From Hemiscyllium ocellatum (Eukaryota), in assembly GCF_020745735.1 (NCBI RefSeq), contig NC_083446.1, positions 29,797,493-29,861,492 on the forward strand: a stretch of 64,000 nucleotides of DNA. Reading direction: 5' to 3'. Of this stretch, positions 1 through 14,140 are shown one piece after another. Positions within the stretch are counted from its first letter, which is position 1, and each line of letters opens with the position of its first letter. The translations under genes were made by a program, and so were the position numbers. The notes beneath the pieces were generated by a model. That model had not been told where the DNA came from. It saw only the letters and a program-made list of their open reading frames with translations, and did no database searches.

Positions 1-416
1 AGTTGTGCATAAAATGTCAAAGCTGGAATTCTCCTAGTTAAAGACGGGAAGGAAGGGCATATTTGTCTCCGTTTATGAGATTATTAGGATACAGCAACAG
101 CATTAATTCGCACTGCAGATTGGCTCAGTTGAAACGTCCTGGAGCCTTAAGCAAGAAATTGATTAATAGAAGGGATTCTCTGAAATTTTCTTTAACAATG
201 CGCTGTTTTGTTACTTTGATAGGAAGACCTGTTTTTGATCACATCGTCTCCACATCAGCCTCTTTCTCCCAGTAAATACTCCAACCAATTTTATATCACT
301 TTCATTCCGACAAAGCTACATGTGATATTCTCATGCCCTCCGTGATAATTGGAATTGACAATGTCATTCTCTGAGATGCAGCAATGTAGCATGAAGTTGG
401 TTGTGTAGTGAACAAA

Positions 417-1340
417 GAAGAACAAAGAACATAGAAAATTTACAGCCCATGAACAGACCCATTTGGACGTCAAAGCCTGAGCTGATCCACATCCACTGTC
501 TAAACCTATCACCAAATTCCTGCGCATCTTTATCTTCTGCACCCCATCTACTCATGCATATGTCCTGGCGCACCTGAAATGAATCTACCGTGCTTGCCTC
601 TACTACTTCTGCTGGCAACACGTTCAAGGCACCTACCACCCTCTGTGTAAAATACTTCCAACGTCTATCTCTCTTAAACTTTTCACCTCTCACCTTGAAC
701 GCGTGACATCTCATGATTGAATCCCTCACTTAGAGAAAAGGCTTATTTTTATCCACCTTGGCTATACCCTTCATGATTTTGTAGACGACAATCAGGTCCC
801 CCTCAATCTCGTTGTTGTTAATGACAACAAACATAACCTACTCAACCTCTCTTCAGAGATAGCATCTTTCTTATCAGGCAACATCTTCATAAACCTTCTC
901 TGCACCGTCTCCTAAACGCCCACTTCATTTCGGTAATTTAGCGACCAGAACTGTAAACAGCATTCTAAATACGTTTGAACCAAAATCTTGTACAATATTA
1001 GCATGACCTGCCTGCTCTTATACTCACTGCCACGTCCGGTGAAGGCAAGCATGCCATATACCTTCTTGTCCACTCGATTCACCTGTGCAGCTACCTTCAA
1101 GGTACAAAGGACCTGAACTCCCAGATCTCTCTGCTCATCAACTTTACCAAGATCTCTTCCGTTTTCTGTATACTTGGCTCGAGAATCAGACTTCCCAAAA
1201 TGCATTATCTCACATTTGCCTGGATTCAACTCCATCTGCCAATTCTCCACTCAACTCTTCTATCTATCTATATTCACCTTCTTTCATTGACAGTCCCCTA
1301 TGCTTTCTGCTACTCCAGCAATCTTAGTGTCATCTGCAAG
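417..1340 (-). mobile_element. CR1-type LINE, 3' fragment (RT C-terminus plus tail), decayed
   Basis: Minus ORFs 912-1250 (WQMELNPGKCEIMHFG...YCLQFWS) and 364-729 are CR1 ORF2 C-terminal motifs; the TTCTATGTTC tail is at the low end. Ends approximate. Confidence 0.9.
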
Positions 1341-2189
1341 TGAAATGGCGATATTTGGGCGAGCAACGTTTGGAGAATGGAGCATGGCAGTTGCTGGTAA
1401 TTAGATTCGATGAAAATAATAACTGGAATATAAACCCGCTCAGAAGAAGAGTGACAAAAAGTTTAAATTTGCTGATAACCCATTCATGTCCCTTCAAACG
1501 GGAAATCTGCCATCCTTAATGAGATCTGACAACATGTAACTCTAGACCCACATTAGTGCGGTTCACCCATAAATTCCCTCTGACTCAGTTCAAGGAGAAT
1601 TAAGGATGAAGAACAAATGCTGTTTAGAAGATGATGGCCACACTCCGTGGGAGAAGAAGGATTGATACAAAAGATACATGGATGACGGGGAAAGTTGGGA
1701 GACGTCACAGCGTGGACGCAATTTCAACTGATTATCCAAATTAAATAGACACAAGGATACCCACGCCGCCATGAAGTCAGGTCCATGGGGATGGGGGTCT
1801 GTAGGAAGGGATTCAATTACCCTCTGAAATGTAAACTCACTTGCTCAGTCACAATGTGGGCAGGTCATTCACCATTCCCAAATGTGAGAAGGAATCAGTC
1901 AGGAGACCAACCTGCAGAGCTGCCATCAGGTTTACAAATGATTGAAAGGGTCCGATTCTGCTGTTATTTCAGGTGTTCATCCCATCCAGGAATGAATCAT
2001 GCTTGGATGCCTGTTTCCAGTGGAGTATCACTGTTTCCTGATGGAGATCAATAATTCAAACTTAGTTGTAGGATTCATGTTTAGAAGTTTACAGACGATG
2101 AAACAATTGGCCGTGTAGTTTACTGTGATGAATAATCTCAGGCGCTGCAGGGATGTATCAATCAGGCGGAAGGGAAAAACGGCGATTGG

Positions 2190-2450
2190 AATTGAATCCA
2201 GATCAATAAGTGGTAATGAATTTGGGGAGTTGTAACAATAACAGTGAGGATTCTGAGTGGTGTACAGGAACAAAGAGATATTGGAGTGGACATTCACAGA
2301 TCTCTGAAGATTATTGGACAGGGAGATCAGATGTTCGAGAAAGGTTTTGGATATTTTCTATTGTTGATCACAGCCTGAGGATGATATTCAATCTTCAGAA
2401 ACCGCCATTTTAGGAAACAACTAAAGGAATGAGCACAAGTCGGGTCAATG
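2190..2450 (+). mobile_element. Degenerate CR1 ORF2 fragment
   Basis: GAACAAAGAGATATTGGAGTGGACATTCACAGATCTCTGAAG resembles the CR1 'EQRDLGVQVHRSLK' segment. Confidence 0.6.
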
Positions 2451-3239
2451 CAGTAATCAACATTTTTAAAAATTGCATGTTCAAAGCTGGAGGGTGGAAG
2501 TATTGCATTTGGCCCATCAAGACTGCTTCAACACTCAATTAATTTACGACTGATACCTCTCCAATTCATGCTGGTATGTGTCTTGGGGGAATATTTTGCA
2601 AATGGTGACGAAATAGTGCATCTTCGAACTTGTCCTTATAGTCAGTAGAGTTTTTTTTAAGCTTTGAAGGTTCTGTCAACAAAGCCTGGGTGACTTACTC
2701 CAGTGAATATTCAAGGTGGTGCACTCTGCTGCAATTGTGTCTTAACAGTTAAGGGGATAAATATTCAGGTATTGAACAATCTCCAGTTCAGTGGCTGCAT
2801 TGTCGTGGAGGGTGTCCAGTCCTCTCAGTGGCATTGAAGCTGCACCCAACTAGACAAATGGAGAGAGTTCTGTTAAACATCTAATTTGCACGTTGCGGTC
2901 GATGTAGGGTTCTTGGAGACAAGAGTTGAGTTAATAATCAAACAAAGTCGACCGACGGACATGTTTTGTCGTCAACGTCTTTATATGGGCGGTCAGGCTC
3001 CATTGCTCCTAAATACTAGCTCCCACGGCGATTACACGGCAGAATTCAGTTACAATGAAGCCATAGAATGTCAATAGAATATGATTAGATTCTCATTAGT
3101 CAGAGTTATCATTACTGCATTTGGTCCTTCTATGGATCAATCCGATTCCAATCGCTTTCTGATTGGCCGTGAAGTTTACTGGGATGTATCAATCAGGCGG
3201 AAGGGAAAAACGACGCCTGAAATTTCAACTCGTTTCCTC

Positions 3240-3780
3240 GCCGAAATTCCTCTACCAGTCTTAATAATATGTAAGGACGCTGGAAGGGAGAGCAGAGATT
3301 TACAAACATGTTGCTAGCCCTGTATAAAATGGAGCTTCGTGGAATGATTGGTTAGGCTGTGATTATTCTCCTTGAAAAAAAGGGGTGGAAGAGGAGCTCT
3401 ATAATCACATAATAACATTTATAAATGTTTAATATTCACTGGATCTTGACAGCGTAGATTCGGGCAGGTGGTTTGCCCTATGCTCTGAGGAGTGCACAAG
3501 AGGAAATAATTTCAGCATTATGTATTGCCCAGTTAATTCAGAAATGAGGAGTAATTTCTTTGCTCCGGGGCCAGAGAATGTTTGGCATTTGTGCGGCAAC
3601 CACTGTTGAGGTTGAGTTGTTGCGTATTTTCAAACTGTGACAGATAGTTAATCAGAAAGATGATGAAACTTTGTCGAGGTAAGTGAACAGAAAGGACTTG
3701 AAGATTATCAGATCAACCACGAGTTCCTTGAATAGTGGGGCACATTCCATGGGCTGAATAGGATGCTTCCATTTTGTTGA
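3240..3780 (+). mobile_element. Degenerate CR1 3' fragment
   Basis: Decayed RT C-terminal/3' UTR motifs (GAAATGAGGAGTAATTTCTT; GGGCTGAATAG tail). Confidence 0.6.
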
Positions 3781-6700
3781 ACATTTGGTCCAACGCCTTA
3801 TTTTATTCACAAGTTCAGAATTGTGAGCGGACAGGATGAAGTGATAGAAAAAAGTTTATTAAACAGATCAGGCAGATCAGGAACAAGTCTCATCAGCTCA
3901 GGAAGAAGAAATGTGCTGTGACCTGTGGGCGGCAAATGACATTGGACACAGCACAGGTGGCTGTGTACAGAAGCTGTGATCGCTGAAGACAGTCGGGAGA
4001 CCTTATACAGTTGGCAAGACAGTGATCAGGCTGGATGTTGGATCGTTGTATGATTCACACACAGCAATAATTTGTGAAAGAATGAAATGTTTGTTTCATT
4101 GGAGAAGTTTTCTGCGGTTCCAATTCTGAGTGATTGTTTGAAATGCTGATCAGATCATTGTGTGAAGTGCTATTTTAAAATACTCATGTACAGCCCCACT
4201 GGATAAACCTGTACTCCCGATCTCTTGTTATTTATTTCTCTTTCTTTCTATGTAACTTCATAGAAAGACAACATGGAAAGTGGGGCGAAAAGAAAAATGC
4301 ATTCCTTCACATTACAACAATTTAATCTACAATTAAATAGACCGACTGCTCTCACTCTTCATTTCGATTTTAATGTGGTGTCAATTATTCGTGAATCTCC
4401 CGTGCAGTGAACGGCAAGAAAAAGCTTCTCGATCCAGTGTATACCAGAGGTGTGAGTTGCAAAGAAAAACTACTGGAGCAGTTTGTGACGTTAGCAACCA
4501 GAGTGTGACTTGAACCCGTGAATGCGGAGCACAATGGTGTAATAACCCAACACCATAATTGCTCGGTCTCCTCGACACATTTTGTCGAGCGGTGACATGT
4601 GACCTCATCAGGTTACATGTGGTAAAAGTCATGGATGAGAAATTTCCAGAGTGGAATCGAATCCTCACCATTGTGTTTCCGCTCTCTATAATAATAGTAA
4701 ATTCCAACAAATAGCCATGCTGGTCAGACTGAATAGCTGTCATTGATACATTCTGAGTCAGAACTGTGACAGAATGAAACAGATAACAAGACTTTCCAAC
4801 ATATTCACATCTACATTTGACTCATAATTTCTTCAGTCATTTTCTCTCCCACGTGAAGAAGCAGCCATGCAGAGGGGAAAAAAGGCGATGTTGTGGCTCA
4901 ATGCCCTTTCTCATATGGCTGAACATGAAATGGATTAAATCACAAGAAACGCTGTTTTGTTCGTTTCATTTTAATTTGGCTGCAACCTCACAATATTCAT
5001 TGCAATAATCGGAATGAATTAGATATATTTCATTGGAACGATTAATGTTGTATTCAAATTTGCTCCGACTTTATTTCAGCTTAAGGAAAATACTCCTTCG
5101 AAAAACAGCGGGTTAAAGTGCAAAACAAGAATCAGCACTTTTGTTGCTCGTTGCTTTGGCAGATTTCACTGAGTATTAAATGGACCAAACATCATGGTGT
5201 TTTTCCTCACATCTTTAACGAATGTGATTAAAGCAGGAAGTCGATCTCCAAGCAACTGCTCACTTCCTATTCATTATGTAATATCTTCCCTTCACAATAA
5301 AATAATCCACTCAGCCCCATTTACAATGCTTCAGGGAGAATATTATGCCAAATATTTCAATATCCAGAGTTTTTGGATCCGAATATTATTCAGCTGCACA
5401 CGTTCACGAAATTCCTTTCATTTGAAGTCAACCCCCTTACACATTGTTTACCCAAAACTTCCGACCGACTCCACCCCACCACTACACCTTTATCTAGACA
5501 CGCGCATCTCTCTTCTTGTGAAATGTATTCCTTGTATGTCCCCAAATGTGCCTTTCCAAATATTTTGAAGAACAGATTCTGCTTTCATATTGTCTTTGTC
5601 CTTCAAAGGTTTTATCAAAGCTTTTGAATGCCTGACGTCGAGATGCTTACTTAATTGACAGAGGGAATTTTCCACCTATTTAATTTGTCCAAAAATTTCA
5701 TAAACTGAACACCCCCAATTAAGTTTTCCTTAGTACAGGGATAACTGTTCTAAATTTTCCCAGACAACAAGTGAAAGAAATCTTATCCACAGTCAACCCT
5801 GACAGCATCGTCTCTAATGGCGTTACACCCCAGTAAACACTGTCATTGTCCTATCCAATAGAATCACAGAATTCTACAGTGCAGAAAGGGCATTTCATTT
5901 CACTCTCTGAAGTGCATCTCACCCAGACCTAGCTCTCCTCCCTATTCCCGTATATTTCACCAGAAGTAGGGGCAGCTCTCCCCCTTATGATTTATAATAA
6001 GCCTGTTGGACTATAACCTGGCGTCCTATGACTTCTGACCTTGTCCCCGCGTTACTAGGACTAATTCACTGAACTTACTTAATTCACTCCCTGGACACGA
6101 GAGGGCAATTTAATTTTACCAATCAAGCTAACCCTCCGACCGAACAACGGTGCAAATTACTGAGCCAATGTCCCATCATCGTGAGCAAATGCTGTATGAT
6201 TTTTAATGGCTTTATACCCAGGTAACTAAGCCTCATCAAAGCAAATCAACCCAAATTCAATGTATCGAAACGCTACTTTGTCCTTTACAATTCCATTCGT
6301 GCTGAGGGAAATGTCTCTGCATTCATATTTTCACGCTTTTACACTGTTTCTTCCTCACCTTCCTGTTTCCAGTAAACACTTCAATCCAGGACAAGTATGC
6401 CAAATGCTTTTCATTCCAACACAGTCACAAGATGCAGCATGCAGAAGTCACGTGTTTGCACCCTCACTGACACTCTGCCTCACTAAGAGCTGCCGCCCTT
6501 CCCCACCCTGATTCAGGCAGCACTGTCCTTCGTGTGACATGCTCCAATCGAGAATGGAAGGACGTGTATCAATACCCGCAATTGGGAATGGAGCGTCAGT
6601 TTTCACGTATTTACACTGTCCCCAGTGGAAAATTCAGCCATGTGACAGGTGGGGACACTTACCATTACAAGATTGTCAAAGGACGCCCTTCAGCCAATTG

Positions 6701-8597
6701 TGGCCATGCTTGTCAAAAACAACTGCCTAATAAACTGAATCCCATTTCACAACGTTTATCCCACAGCCTTATATGTCTTGGCATCACAAGTTCACATATG
6801 AATATTTATTCAGGCTGTAAGAGTTTCTGCCGCTCTGAACAATACAGACAGTGTATTCAAAATTCCAACCCCTCCCCTCCCCACACCCCGCCTCCGATTG
6901 GCAAATAAAGCTTTTTCGCACATCTTCTCAAACATTTCTGCCTTTCAACTTAAATCTCTGGCCCCCGCTGATCGTTCCCTCCATCAATGGGAAACCCGTG
7001 CAGTCAACCCTGCCCATACCCTAACTTAGTCATGTCTTCTCTACACTTGCTTTGCACTGCGACAAACAGTCCATTCTGTCCTGTCTTCCTTCCTAACTGA
7101 AACTCTTCATCCCAAACAACATCCCGGTAAATATCTCATGCAATTGTCTCAGTGTGATCACATTCCTGCGATAATGTGACTTGCAAAACTGCACACAACA
7201 CACTAACTTTAGCCGAATGAGCATTTGTTTTCAAAAAATCTGCATTAGTATGAGCGTGATTCGGGTTAAGCAGAATTTATTACCAATCCCGAATTGCCCA
7301 GAGGCAGTTGAGTCTCAACTATATTGCTATGAGCCTGAAGTCACCTGCAGTCCAAAACAAGTATGGATAGTAGATTACATCCTGAAATGACATCAGTGAA
7401 TCCGCTATTTTTTCACAACAATTGTCAAAGGATGTATAGTATTCAGTCGATTCTTCATTGCAGATATTTGCTAAAAACAAGTTTTACAATCTGGCACGGT
7501 GGGACTCAAGCTCGAGTAGCCAGACTATTACCTCGGTTTCTGGATGATCAGTCCTATGAAATTACCAGAAGACCAACGCAGGAAGCCACAAAAGCTGATT
7601 TTTTCCAATAAAATTTCTTTTCCCCAGAACTGTCCTAAGTCTTTTTCATGAGCCTGACGCTCCAGTTGTCTCTGGCCTGTGTCAGTAAAACCTGCTACAT
7701 GGGGTTAATTTCACACCCGCGGTACCCAAATGGATCAAGTTGTTTGGAGGCCCTGATGGTGGGATTGGTGCACAATCATACAACAATAGTGACTGCAGAA
7801 GCAGCGCAGACAAAACAGTATGAATGGGAAAGAGAGTGATAGATTGTGCATTGCCTCAAAAAATGGGAGGAGGGATGTATGGGATATAGGAAATTAAGTT
7901 TCTTCTGCAATTCTAAATTCATTATATAAAAAAAAAACTGAACTCACATCAGTGTGTAATTGTTTCAGCCAAGAGCTGAGTCAACAAGAATGGGAACTCT
8001 GTGGAGGAAATGCTAATTGGTTTGTTTGTATTAGCTAAGAATGTATGCAAGAAAGAAACGGGATGACACAACAATGGTAACCCCATTTAGAAGGGCTTTG
8101 TGATAAGATGCTGTGAAGACAGACAGTTAAACTCAATATGCCGATATAAACAATAGGTATAAACATCTGTTTCCCACTTTTACAGAAACACAGGAACAAA
8201 CCCCAATTAAACGAGTCTTAATGATGAGATGCTGAGAGGGGTGGCACCAATGGAAGGAGTAAATAATGGTTAGGCAAGGATGCGCCCACAGTAGGGTAAG
8301 GTCAAATCGCCTTGAGAACAGGAATGAGCTTTTTTTTTCACAGACAAGACCGAATAAGACACAAGATAAACAGGAGCAATGGGTACTGGTCTCAGGGAAG
8401 TGGATGATGTAAACCGGGGAGGGGTGGTGGGGTGGGGGGACAATGAAATAAGAAAAAAACATATCGGAACCAAATTATATAAATACCGAATATTTGTTTA
8501 ATTCAGTGTGTTTTGTCCCTGCCTTGTGGACATCACACCCACTTGCAAGTGTGAAATAAAGGGCACTACTGATTCAGATCTTGTCTCGGACTGAATT

Positions 8598-8886
8598 TAT
8601 TGCAGTGAGTAAGATGGAAAGGAGGGTTAATGATCGTGGGAAGGAGAGGTATCTCCGACAACGGGTGTGTTTGAATTCTGATGTCTGAAAAGCAGAGATG
8701 TGAGAGAGTGGAATTTGAAGGTTAAACAATCAATTTCTTACCATGTGTCACAAAAAGTACCACGGGGAGAACACTTAGTATCGTGATTTGGAATCGGGCC
8801 GAGGTTGCTATGGTCACAAGCAAAATGCAGACAAGCACAACCACAGCAACCACAGAACCAGATACTCGCAAGTAGCAATAAGTATA
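8598..8886 (-). other. Candidate spliced hydrophobic exon (8742-8886) plus terminal exon (8598-8684), unidentified
   Basis: Minus strand: CTAG|TAT...CAT G|GTAAG, a 57-nt intron (8685-8741) with long pyrimidine tract and CAG, then an in-frame tail ending TAA within AATAAA. Reads YTYCYLRVSGSVVAVVVLVCILLVTIATSARFQITILSVLPVVLFVTH-DIRIQTHP...SLQ*. No family recognised. Confidence 0.3.
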
Positions 8887-9729
8887 CTAGCAGAGGATAT
8901 GTTCAGAAGAACACCAAATGTACAATATCAGTACTCAGCTAATAGTGATAGATATGTGGGAACTGAGAATGAGCTGAATCCCTTGAATGAGAATGTTGAA
9001 AACTGAGATTGATAGATTTCGAAAAACATCAAAGACTCGAGGTACAGTACAGGATATTGTTAAAATGTATGCTTCAATAGCATTGTAGCTTTACATCGGC
9101 GACTTCACCAGCTTCCTCAAGGCAGTAACCTGTGTTGCAGATAATCACACATATCCCCAGTTCCCAGCCTCGGAATCAGAGAAACTGCGGCGCTTCCACC
9201 CAGATCCAATCGGAAGTGAGGATGGGAATGAGAGAGCGGAGTTACTCTCTGGCTCCAGTGCTGCAATAGGTGAGTGCGCGGTCCTTCTATGACGGTATTA
9301 GGCGCATGAAATTCCTAGTTTTAAGGTGCTCATGCTCAAGGAATTGGTTGTCCCCGTTTATATATCATAGTGATCTACAGTGCATCTTGCTAAGACACCT
9401 GAGTGGCACAACTTGAGCATGTTGAGCCCTTAACTTTGCAATGGTGGGTTAAAAAGATGATTTTGCTATTTGGATCTGTGTTTCCGACACTGGCGGTGGC
9501 AGCTGCTTTTGCTTGCATCAGCTCAAAATCAGTTTCTTCCACACAATAAATACCTCAACCTGGAGAAGGTGGTGTTGGGGTGATATTTTAAACTAGTCAT
9601 CCTTGGCGACCGTGACACGGAAACGGTGATGTTTAAGTTCGATGAAGAAAACCTGAAATGCAAGCCTGACATCAGAAATAGAGATCATGAATTTAATTTC
9701 ATTCAATCCCATTCATTCATGCCCGTTAT

Positions 9730-12700
9730 AGAGTGGTCAGTAGGACTTTAAACTTCTGAGCTGGGGGGAAGGGAAAGTGGACGCGACAGGGAGTACGGAG
9801 TTAAATGGAAAGATAAGCAGCAGGATAACATGTATGCAGATGGATTTAAACTTGAGGCAGACTGGCAATGAAGCAAAACGGAAGGATAACTTAAGACATC
9901 TTATGACTTCCAATATCTCCAATGATAAGAAAGTTAGCATTAAGGCACTTTACCTGAGTGCTCGTATCATTCGTAACAAAGCAGATGAACTAATGGCACA
10001 GGTCATCGTAAATGATTATGATGTGGTAGTATCACAGAGACGTGGTTGCAGGTGTCAGGGCTGGCAGGTAAACTTCCAAGGATTTACAACTTATGGAAAA
10101 GACAGAGAGGCGGGCAGAGGGGCCTGGGTTGCCTTGTTAGTTAAGAACAAAATTAAATCAATGGCATTGAATGACATAGGGTCGGATAATGTGGAGTCTG
10201 TGTGAGTGGAATTGAGGAACCACAAATGCAAAAAAAAAACATAATGGAAGTTATGTACACACCTCCGAACAGTTGTCAGGACCAGGGGCGCAACATGTGC
10301 TGGGAATGAGAGAAGGCATGTCAGAAAGGCAAGGTCACGGTGATCATGGGAGACTTCAATATGCAGGTGGACTGTGTAAATAATGTTGCCAGTGGATCCA
10401 AAGAAAGGGAATTCATGGAATGCTTGCAAGATGGCTTTTTGGAACAGCTTGTCATGTAGCCCACAGGGAGCAGGCTATTCTGGACCTAATGCGATGTAAT
10501 GAACCAGACTTTATAAAAAATCTTAAAGTAAGGGAACACTTAGGAAGCTGCGATCATAATATGTGAGAGTTCAGTCGGCAATTTGAAAGAGAGAAGGCAA
10601 AATCGGATGTAATGGTGTTACAGTTAAATAAACGAAACTATGAGGGCATGAGAGAGGAACGACGAAAATAGACTGGAAGCAAGGCCTAGCGGGGAAGACC
10701 GTAGAGCATAAATGGCAAGAGTTTGTGGGTATAATTGAGGACACTGTACTGAGGTTCATCCCCAAGAAAAGAAAGATTATCCTGGGAGGGATTAGACAGC
10801 CATGGCTGACAAAGGAAGTCAGGAAATCTATCAAAGAAAAACAGAGATCCTATAAAGTGGCCAAGAGCACTGGGAAACCAGAAGATTTGAAAGGCTACAA
10901 AAACAAACAGACGATAGCAAAGAGAGAAATAAGGAAGGTGTGGACCAAATACGAAGGTAGGCTAGCCAGTAATATTAGAAATGATAGTAAATGTTTCTTT
11001 CAATACATAAGAAGCAAAGGACAGGCAAAGGTAGACATTGAGCCACTTTAGACTGATACTGGAAGCCTAGTAATGGGAAATAAGGAAATAGCTAGAGAAC
11101 TTAATAAGTACTTTGCGTCAGTCTTCACAGTGGAAGGCATGAGTAATATCCCAACAATTAAAGGGAGTCAGGGGGCTGAGTTGTTGATGATTGCTGTTAC
11201 AAAAGTGAAAGTGCTAGAATAGCTAAAAGGGCTTAAAATTGATAAATCTCCTGGCCACGATGGCCTACATCCTAGAGTTCTGAGGGAGGTGGCTGAGGAA
11301 ATAGCGGAGGCGTTGGTAGAGATCTTACAAAAGTCACTGGAGTCAGGGAAACTCCCGGATGATGGGAAGATCGCTGATGTAACCGCGTTGTAAAAGAAAG
11401 GAGCAAGACAAAAGATGGAAAATTATAGGCCAATTAACCTAACCTCGGTTGTTGGTAAAATTCTAGAGACCATCATTAAGGATGAGATTTCTAAATTCTT
11501 GGAAGAGCAGGATCGGATCAGAACAAGTCAACATGGATTTATTAATGTCTTGCCTGACAAACCTGTTGGAATTCTTAGAAGAGGTGACAAGTAAGTTCGA
11601 CCCGGGAAACCCAGTGGATGTGGTCTATCTGGACGTCCAAAATGCCGTTGATAAGGTGCCACACGGGAGGCTGCTGAGTAAGGTGAGGGCCCATGTTGTT
11701 CGAGGTGAGCAACTGGGGTATGGATTGAGGTTTGGCTGTCTGACAGAAGGCAGAGATTTGGGAAAACAATTTCTTTTTCGGAATGGCAGCCGGTGACAAG
11801 CGGTGTCCCACAGGGTTCAGTGTTGAGGCCGCAGCTGTTCACGTTATATGTTAATGATCTGGATGAAGGGACTGGGGGCATTCTAGCGAAGTTTGTCGAT
11901 GATGCGATGTTAGGTGGACAGGCAGGTAGTACTGAGGAAGTGGGCAGGCTGCAGAATGATCTAGAGAGTTTGCGAGAGTGGTCCAGGGAATGGTTGATGG
12001 AATTCAATGTGAGCAAATGCGAGGTTCTACACTTTGGAAAAAAAAGAATACAAGCATGGACTACTTTCTAAACAGTGAGAAAATTAATAAAGCCAAAATA
12101 CACAGGAATCTGGGAGTGCTAGTTGAGGATTCTCTAAAGGTAAAAATGCAGGTTGAGTCCGTGATTAAGAAAGCTTATGCAATGTTGTCATTTATTTCAA
12201 CAAGGTTGAGATATAAAAGGACCATTGTGCTACTGAGCCTTTATAAAGCTCTGATTAGGCCCCATTTGGAGCACTGTGTCCAGCTTTAGTCCTCACACCT
12301 CAGGAAGGACATACTGGCACTGGAGTGTGCCCAGCAGAGATTCACACGGATGATCCCTGGAATGGTAGATTTACCATACAAGGAACGGCTGAGGATCCTA
12401 GGATTGTATTCATTGGAGTTTAGAAGATTAAGGGGAGACATAATAGAAACTAAGAAGATAATACATGGCTTGGAAAGGGTGGACGCTAGGAAATTGTTTG
12501 GGTGAGGCAAAGAAACTAGAACCCGTGGACACAGCCTTAGAATTAGAGGGGGTAAATTCAGAACAGAAATGTGGAGACATTTCTTCAGCCAGAGGTTGGT
12601 GAGCCTTTGGAATTCATTGCCACGGATTTCAGTGGAGGCTGGGACCTCTTCAAGGCAGAGATTGATACATTATTGATGTCACAAGGAATTAAGGGCTACG

Positions 12701-12823
12701 GGGAGAATGCAGGTAAGTGGAGTTGAACTGCCTATCAGCAATGATTGAATGGCAGAGTGGACTATATGGGCCGATTGGCCTTACTTCCACTCCTATGTCT
12801 TATGGTATTGTGGTCTTATGGTA
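9730..12823 (+). mobile_element. Near-complete CR1 ORF2 (APE endonuclease plus RT) with 3' tail, disrupted by frameshifts and stops
   Basis: ORF 9777-10205 (KALYLSARIIRNKADEL...YDVV) is the APE N-terminus; ORFs 11482-12289 carry RT motifs (TSGVPQGSVL, KFVDD); tail TCCTATGTCTTATGG...CTTATGG. Confidence 0.95.
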
Positions 12824-13789
12824 ATACCATCTCTTATCAAGTTAATTCAGTGCAAGAAAGCAGAGTAAGTTATTTGTTTTTTTGTTGCAATTCCACTCAC
12901 AGAGGCCAGTGAAATCTATTCAGTCGCTGTCCTGACTTGTGTCTCTTAGATATTAAACAGAATTTTGGTGTTTAGCAGCTTTTTCCAGATCAGTATTTTT
13001 CAGAAGCTTTTGGGCATTGATAGGTGAGGTTCATAGAGTAAGTCCTCAAAGAATTCCCAGTTTTCTGACTTGCTGTTTTACCAATATCACTTATAACCAT
13101 CCAGAATGAATTGCTTCGAAGCGTGTTTGATGAGATTATGCCTTGGTTGTTTTACTTTATATTAAATCAGTGCTGTAGCTGAATTTGAATATCCAGTACG
13201 GTGGGGGTGCTGCTGAATCCAACACTTGCAGCAGATGGTGATAGCTTTTCAACTGGTCTTCAGCTGCCATCTCAGACCATCCAGTACCTCTGCTAAGAAT
13301 CCTTTTCCGACAGGAGTCAAGCCAATATAATTGTTGTTTAGCTCAAGAGGCACTAGGTCTTGTGCCAAAACATGAAAACAATTTGCTGAAAACGGATTCT
13401 CTCAATGTGAAACTTAATCATGCTTTCTCTGCACTGGAGCCGCCAGATATGCTGAGTTTTTTTCAGAAATTTCAAGTTTTTAGCAATCGGAGTTTGTTGT
13501 TTCGTTAAAAAAATTGCTCTGACCGATGAAGCAAGTTATTCAGAGAGAAGATGCATTTGATGAAATTGAGAATTTTCAGAGATATTTAATATCAGCGTAT
13601 CATTGAATGTGAGTGCTGTCATCTCGAGCTGTAATATCACAAGAAACCGTATTATAAACCGCAGAGTGCAGTGGCTGCTGTAATTGTGTGGGAGTTGTTT
13701 TGAGCACTGAAACAGACAATGTCGGTGCTCCTGTTCCAAATAATCCACAAAAGCTTTTTTTTTAAAAGAGTGTGTGAAAAAATAGATTT

Positions 13790-14140
13790 GTTGAAATTAC
13801 ATACAAGATAATCAGAGGGTTAGATAGGGTGCACAGGGAGAGCCTCTTTCCAAGTATGGGGACGGCAAACACATGGGGGCACACCTTTAAAGTGAGGGGA
13901 GATATTTATAAGACAGATGTCAATGGTAGATTCTTTACTCCCAGAGTAGAAAGAGTATGGAATGCTTTGCTTGCAACGGTAGTCGATTCGCCTAGTTTAA
14001 GTGCATTTATGTCGTCACTGGACAGGCATATGGACGTATATGGAATAGTGTAGGTGGGATGGAATTCAGATTCGTATGAGAGGGCGGTGCAACATCGAGG
14101 GCTGAAGGGCCTGTACTGCGCTGTAATGTTCTATGTTCTA
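13790..14140 (+). mobile_element. CR1 3' end fragment
   Basis: ORF 13829-14053 (ESLFP...GHTFKVRG...FFTPRV..VWNAL) followed by the TTCTATGTTCTA tail. Confidence 0.9.

Noticed and set aside
4381-4743. 120-aa minus ORF
   Set aside because: No recognisable motif or convincing splice boundaries; other frames have stops.
8788-9006. 72-aa plus ORF
   Set aside because: Low-complexity A/C-rich frame, antisense to a better-supported minus-strand candidate.
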